64,000 nt of DNA from an uncultured Candidatus Saccharibacteria bacterium (GTDB lineage: Bacteria > Patescibacteriota > Saccharimonadia > Saccharimonadales > EFPC-124): NCBI GenBank assembly GCA_964586395.1, contig CAZPGP010000001.1, positions 1,865 to 65,864 on the forward strand, written 5' to 3'. Below the pieces are notes generated by a model. That model did no database searches. It was not told where the DNA came from and was given only the letters and a program-made list of their open reading frames with translations. A program made the position numbers and the translations under genes. Shown here piece after piece: positions 62,517 through 64,000 of the stretch; position 1 is the stretch's first letter; every line of letters starts with the position of its first letter.

Positions 62517-63509
62517 CTAAGCCTTTACCTCCTCAAAAAGCTCGGCTTCCTGCACAATATGCTGCTCCTCTGGTCGCACAACGTACAGCGGACGGTTCGC
62601 AACCTCTGCGTGAATATGCGCAATGTACAGCGACATCATGCCCAGGCACGTCAGGACCAAACCGACCATAAAGATAGTCAACATTGCCAGCATCGTCGTG
62701 CCGTTAATGCCCAGATGCAGATAATCGCCCAGGAGGTAACGCTCGACGTACAGGAATATACCAGCAGGAACACTCACCGCGAGAATTCCCGAGCCGATAT
62801 AACCGGCAAGTCGCAGCGGCAGCAGGCTGTAGGCCGTAAAGCTATTCATAGCCAGGCTTACGAGCTTCTGGAATGTGTATCCCGGCGTGCCAAACTTGCG
62901 CGGCTGCTGCTCGAAATAGATGTAGTCTCGCTCAAATCCCAGCCAGTCAATCAGCCCACGCGTAATACGGTTGCGTTCAGTAAATTGGTTAAAGACATTG
63001 ATAACCTTGCGGTCGAGTAGGCGATAGTCGGTCGCGTTCGGTGTAATCTTGGTGTGCGAGATACGACGCATGATCTTGTAGAAAACCTTTGCGCCCATTC
63101 GCTTTACGAAGCTCAAATTGCGCGACTTAAACACGCCCACCACAACCTCTGAGCCGGTCTCCCACTTGCGGATAAACTGCGTCATCAGGCTTGGCGGCAT
63201 CTGCATGTCGGCGTCCATGATGAGCGCGGCGTTACCGCGAGCGGCGTGCAGGCCAGCAGTCACGGCCGCCTCCTTACCAAAGTTTCGACTGAACCGAATC
63301 AGTCGGACACGACGGTCTTTGCGCGCAAACTTGTGCAAGACCTTGGCGGAGTCGTCCTTACTGCCGTCGTCCACGAACAGCATCTCAAATTGATATGGTA
63401 GGCGATCGCTATGCTCTGCAATTTCTTTGTACAGCAGAGGCAAGTTGTCTGCTTCATTATAGACAGGCACGATGATCGAAATCAGCGGTGTCCTCGCATG
63501 GGCTTTCAT
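62517..63509 (-). CDS. GT2 polyprenyl-phosphate glycosyltransferase (GtrB/ArnC/DPM1-like) with a C-terminal two-TM anchor
   Basis: ISIIVPVYNEADNL, DADMQ (DXD) and two C-terminal TM segments. Confidence 0.75.
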   Translation of the reverse strand: MKAHARTPLISIIVPVYNEADNLPLLYKEIAEHSDRLPYQFEMLFVDDGSKDDSAKVLHKFARKDRRVRLIRFSRNFGKEAAVTAGLHAARGNAALIMDADMQMPPSLMTQFIRKWETGSEVVVGVFKSRNLSFVKRMGAKVFYKIMRRISHTKITPNATDYRLLDRKVINVFNQFTERNRITRGLIDWLGFERDYIYFEQQPRKFGTPGYTFQKLVSLAMNSFTAYSLLPLRLAGYIGSGILAVSVPAGIFLYVERYLLGDYLHLGINGTTMLAMLTIFMVGLVLTCLGMMSLYIAHIHAEVANRPLYVVRPEEQHIVQEAELFEEVKA

Positions 63510-64000
63510 ACTCTTCTCCCCCTATTTTTTAACCACTTAACGCCGGAAATGATACTTAGCAGAATCAGCATGCTCATACTACCGATGAGCAGGCTCTCGA
63601 TCACGCTACGCAATGTTGCGTGGTGGGTAATCATCAGTCCGTAGGTGATACTGGCCCCTGTTATTACGACATAGACTATCCAGTACCGGCGCAGGGCCAT
63701 GTAGTAAGATACCACAAGATTTGTGATTGCTACGGCAAAAATTGCCACACTCAAAATCGGCAACAGGGAAGCGTATTCGCCATATGCGCCGCCCATCAGC
63801 AGGCGCGTGATCTCCCCTGGGAAAATCACAAACAACAGGAGTGCCGGCAAACCGGTCGCAGTCAGCAACAAAAACGACCGTTTAAGGAGTTGGCGGTTCT
63901 GAAGTGTTGTATTTTTGAGTTTTACGCTCGGCATCAGCACCTGAGCGATAGATCCTGTCAGGAAAAAGATGATCCGAGCGACGGTCGCGATGCCCGCATA
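63506..64000 (-). CDS. C-terminal part of a polytopic membrane protein, probably a Wzx/MOP-type polysaccharide flippase. The N-terminus lies beyond the window.
   Basis: The reading frame stays open upstream of the annotated M through the window end (manual extension ...YAGIATVARIIFFLTGSIAQVL-MPSVKL...). Hydrophobic multi-TM profile; 4-nt overlap with the GT2 gene. Confidence 0.45.
   Translation of the reverse strand, partial: YAGIATVARIIFFLTGSIAQVLMPSVKLKNTTLQNRQLLKRSFLLLTATGLPALLLFVIFPGEITRLLMGGAYGEYASLLPILSVAIFAVAITNLVVSYYMALRRYWIVYVVITGASITYGLMITHHATLRSVIESLLIGSMSMLILLSIISGVKWLKNRGRRV

Noticed and set aside
63506-63940. Calling the last ORF a complete 144-aa GtrA-like protein starting at 63940
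   Set aside because: Manual extension shows the frame stays open to the window edge, and the annotated 'M' is a GTG. It is more consistent with the C-terminus of a larger flippase-type protein, so it is reported as partial.
1-64000. CRISPR arrays, transposases/IS elements, prophage genes
   Set aside because: I looked for short regularly spaced direct repeats, DDE/serine-recombinase or integrase-like ORFs, and capsid/terminase-like ORFs. None were seen. The only repetitive DNA is intragenic (24.6-27.4 kb and 35.6-39.0 kb).

Overview
I read the window as a chromosomal stretch from a monoderm, Gram-positive-type bacterium. The backbone is about 50% GC, and it carries an LPXTG sorting-signal protein. 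Many proteins are membrane-anchored 'hypothetical' surface proteins and two are giant multi-kb proteins. That overall look is reminiscent of Saccharibacteria/CPR or a Chloroflexi-like lineage, but the lineage cannot be fixed from sequence alone.

Gene density is high and almost entirely minus-strand in several blocks. Content is mostly housekeeping or envelope related. Recognisable genes include:
- translation and RNA: two tRNAs (Met/CAT, Asn/GTT), a class IIb Asp/Asn-tRNA ligase, TrmB and an RRM RNA-binding protein;
- DNA repair: a UvrD-like helicase, a PHP/EndoQ-like nuclease, a MazG-like hydrolase, a cluster-less MutY-like glycosylase, an AlkA-like glycosylase and a NUDIX hydrolase;
- cell wall: a MurC-family ligase;
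- transport and ion homeostasis: an ABC-2 exporter pair, MgtE, CorA, MscS, a CPA2 antiporter with an RCK domain, a CNNM/CBS protein and two DHA2 MFS pumps;
- regulators: MarR, Fur-family and Crp/Fnr;
- redox and other enzymes: DsbA, a PQQ sugar dehydrogenase and a partial trehalase at the left edge.

I found no CRISPR array, integrase, transposase or phage genes.

The parts most worth a second look are:
1. a rifampin ADP-ribosyltransferase (Arr) homologue next to a P-loop kinase and tRNA-Asn;
2. three compositionally foreign, GC-rich islets: a 72% GC mini-gene at about 4.8-5.2 kb, a 906-aa secreted protein at 24.6-27.4 kb with 14 Trp-rich repeats (2 x 7 propeller-like), and a membrane-anchored alpha/beta hydrolase at 47.1-48.0 kb;
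3. a roughly 2,700-aa repeat-built surface protein transcribed divergently from a Fur-family gene that carries a Fur-box-like palindrome;
4. a glycan-assembly locus at 53-64 kb with two GT-C-like polytopic proteins (one fused to two CBM-like domains), a pyruvyl transferase, four GT2/GT4 enzymes and a flippase fragment.

All functional calls rest on by-eye motif and architecture recognition. No searches were run.
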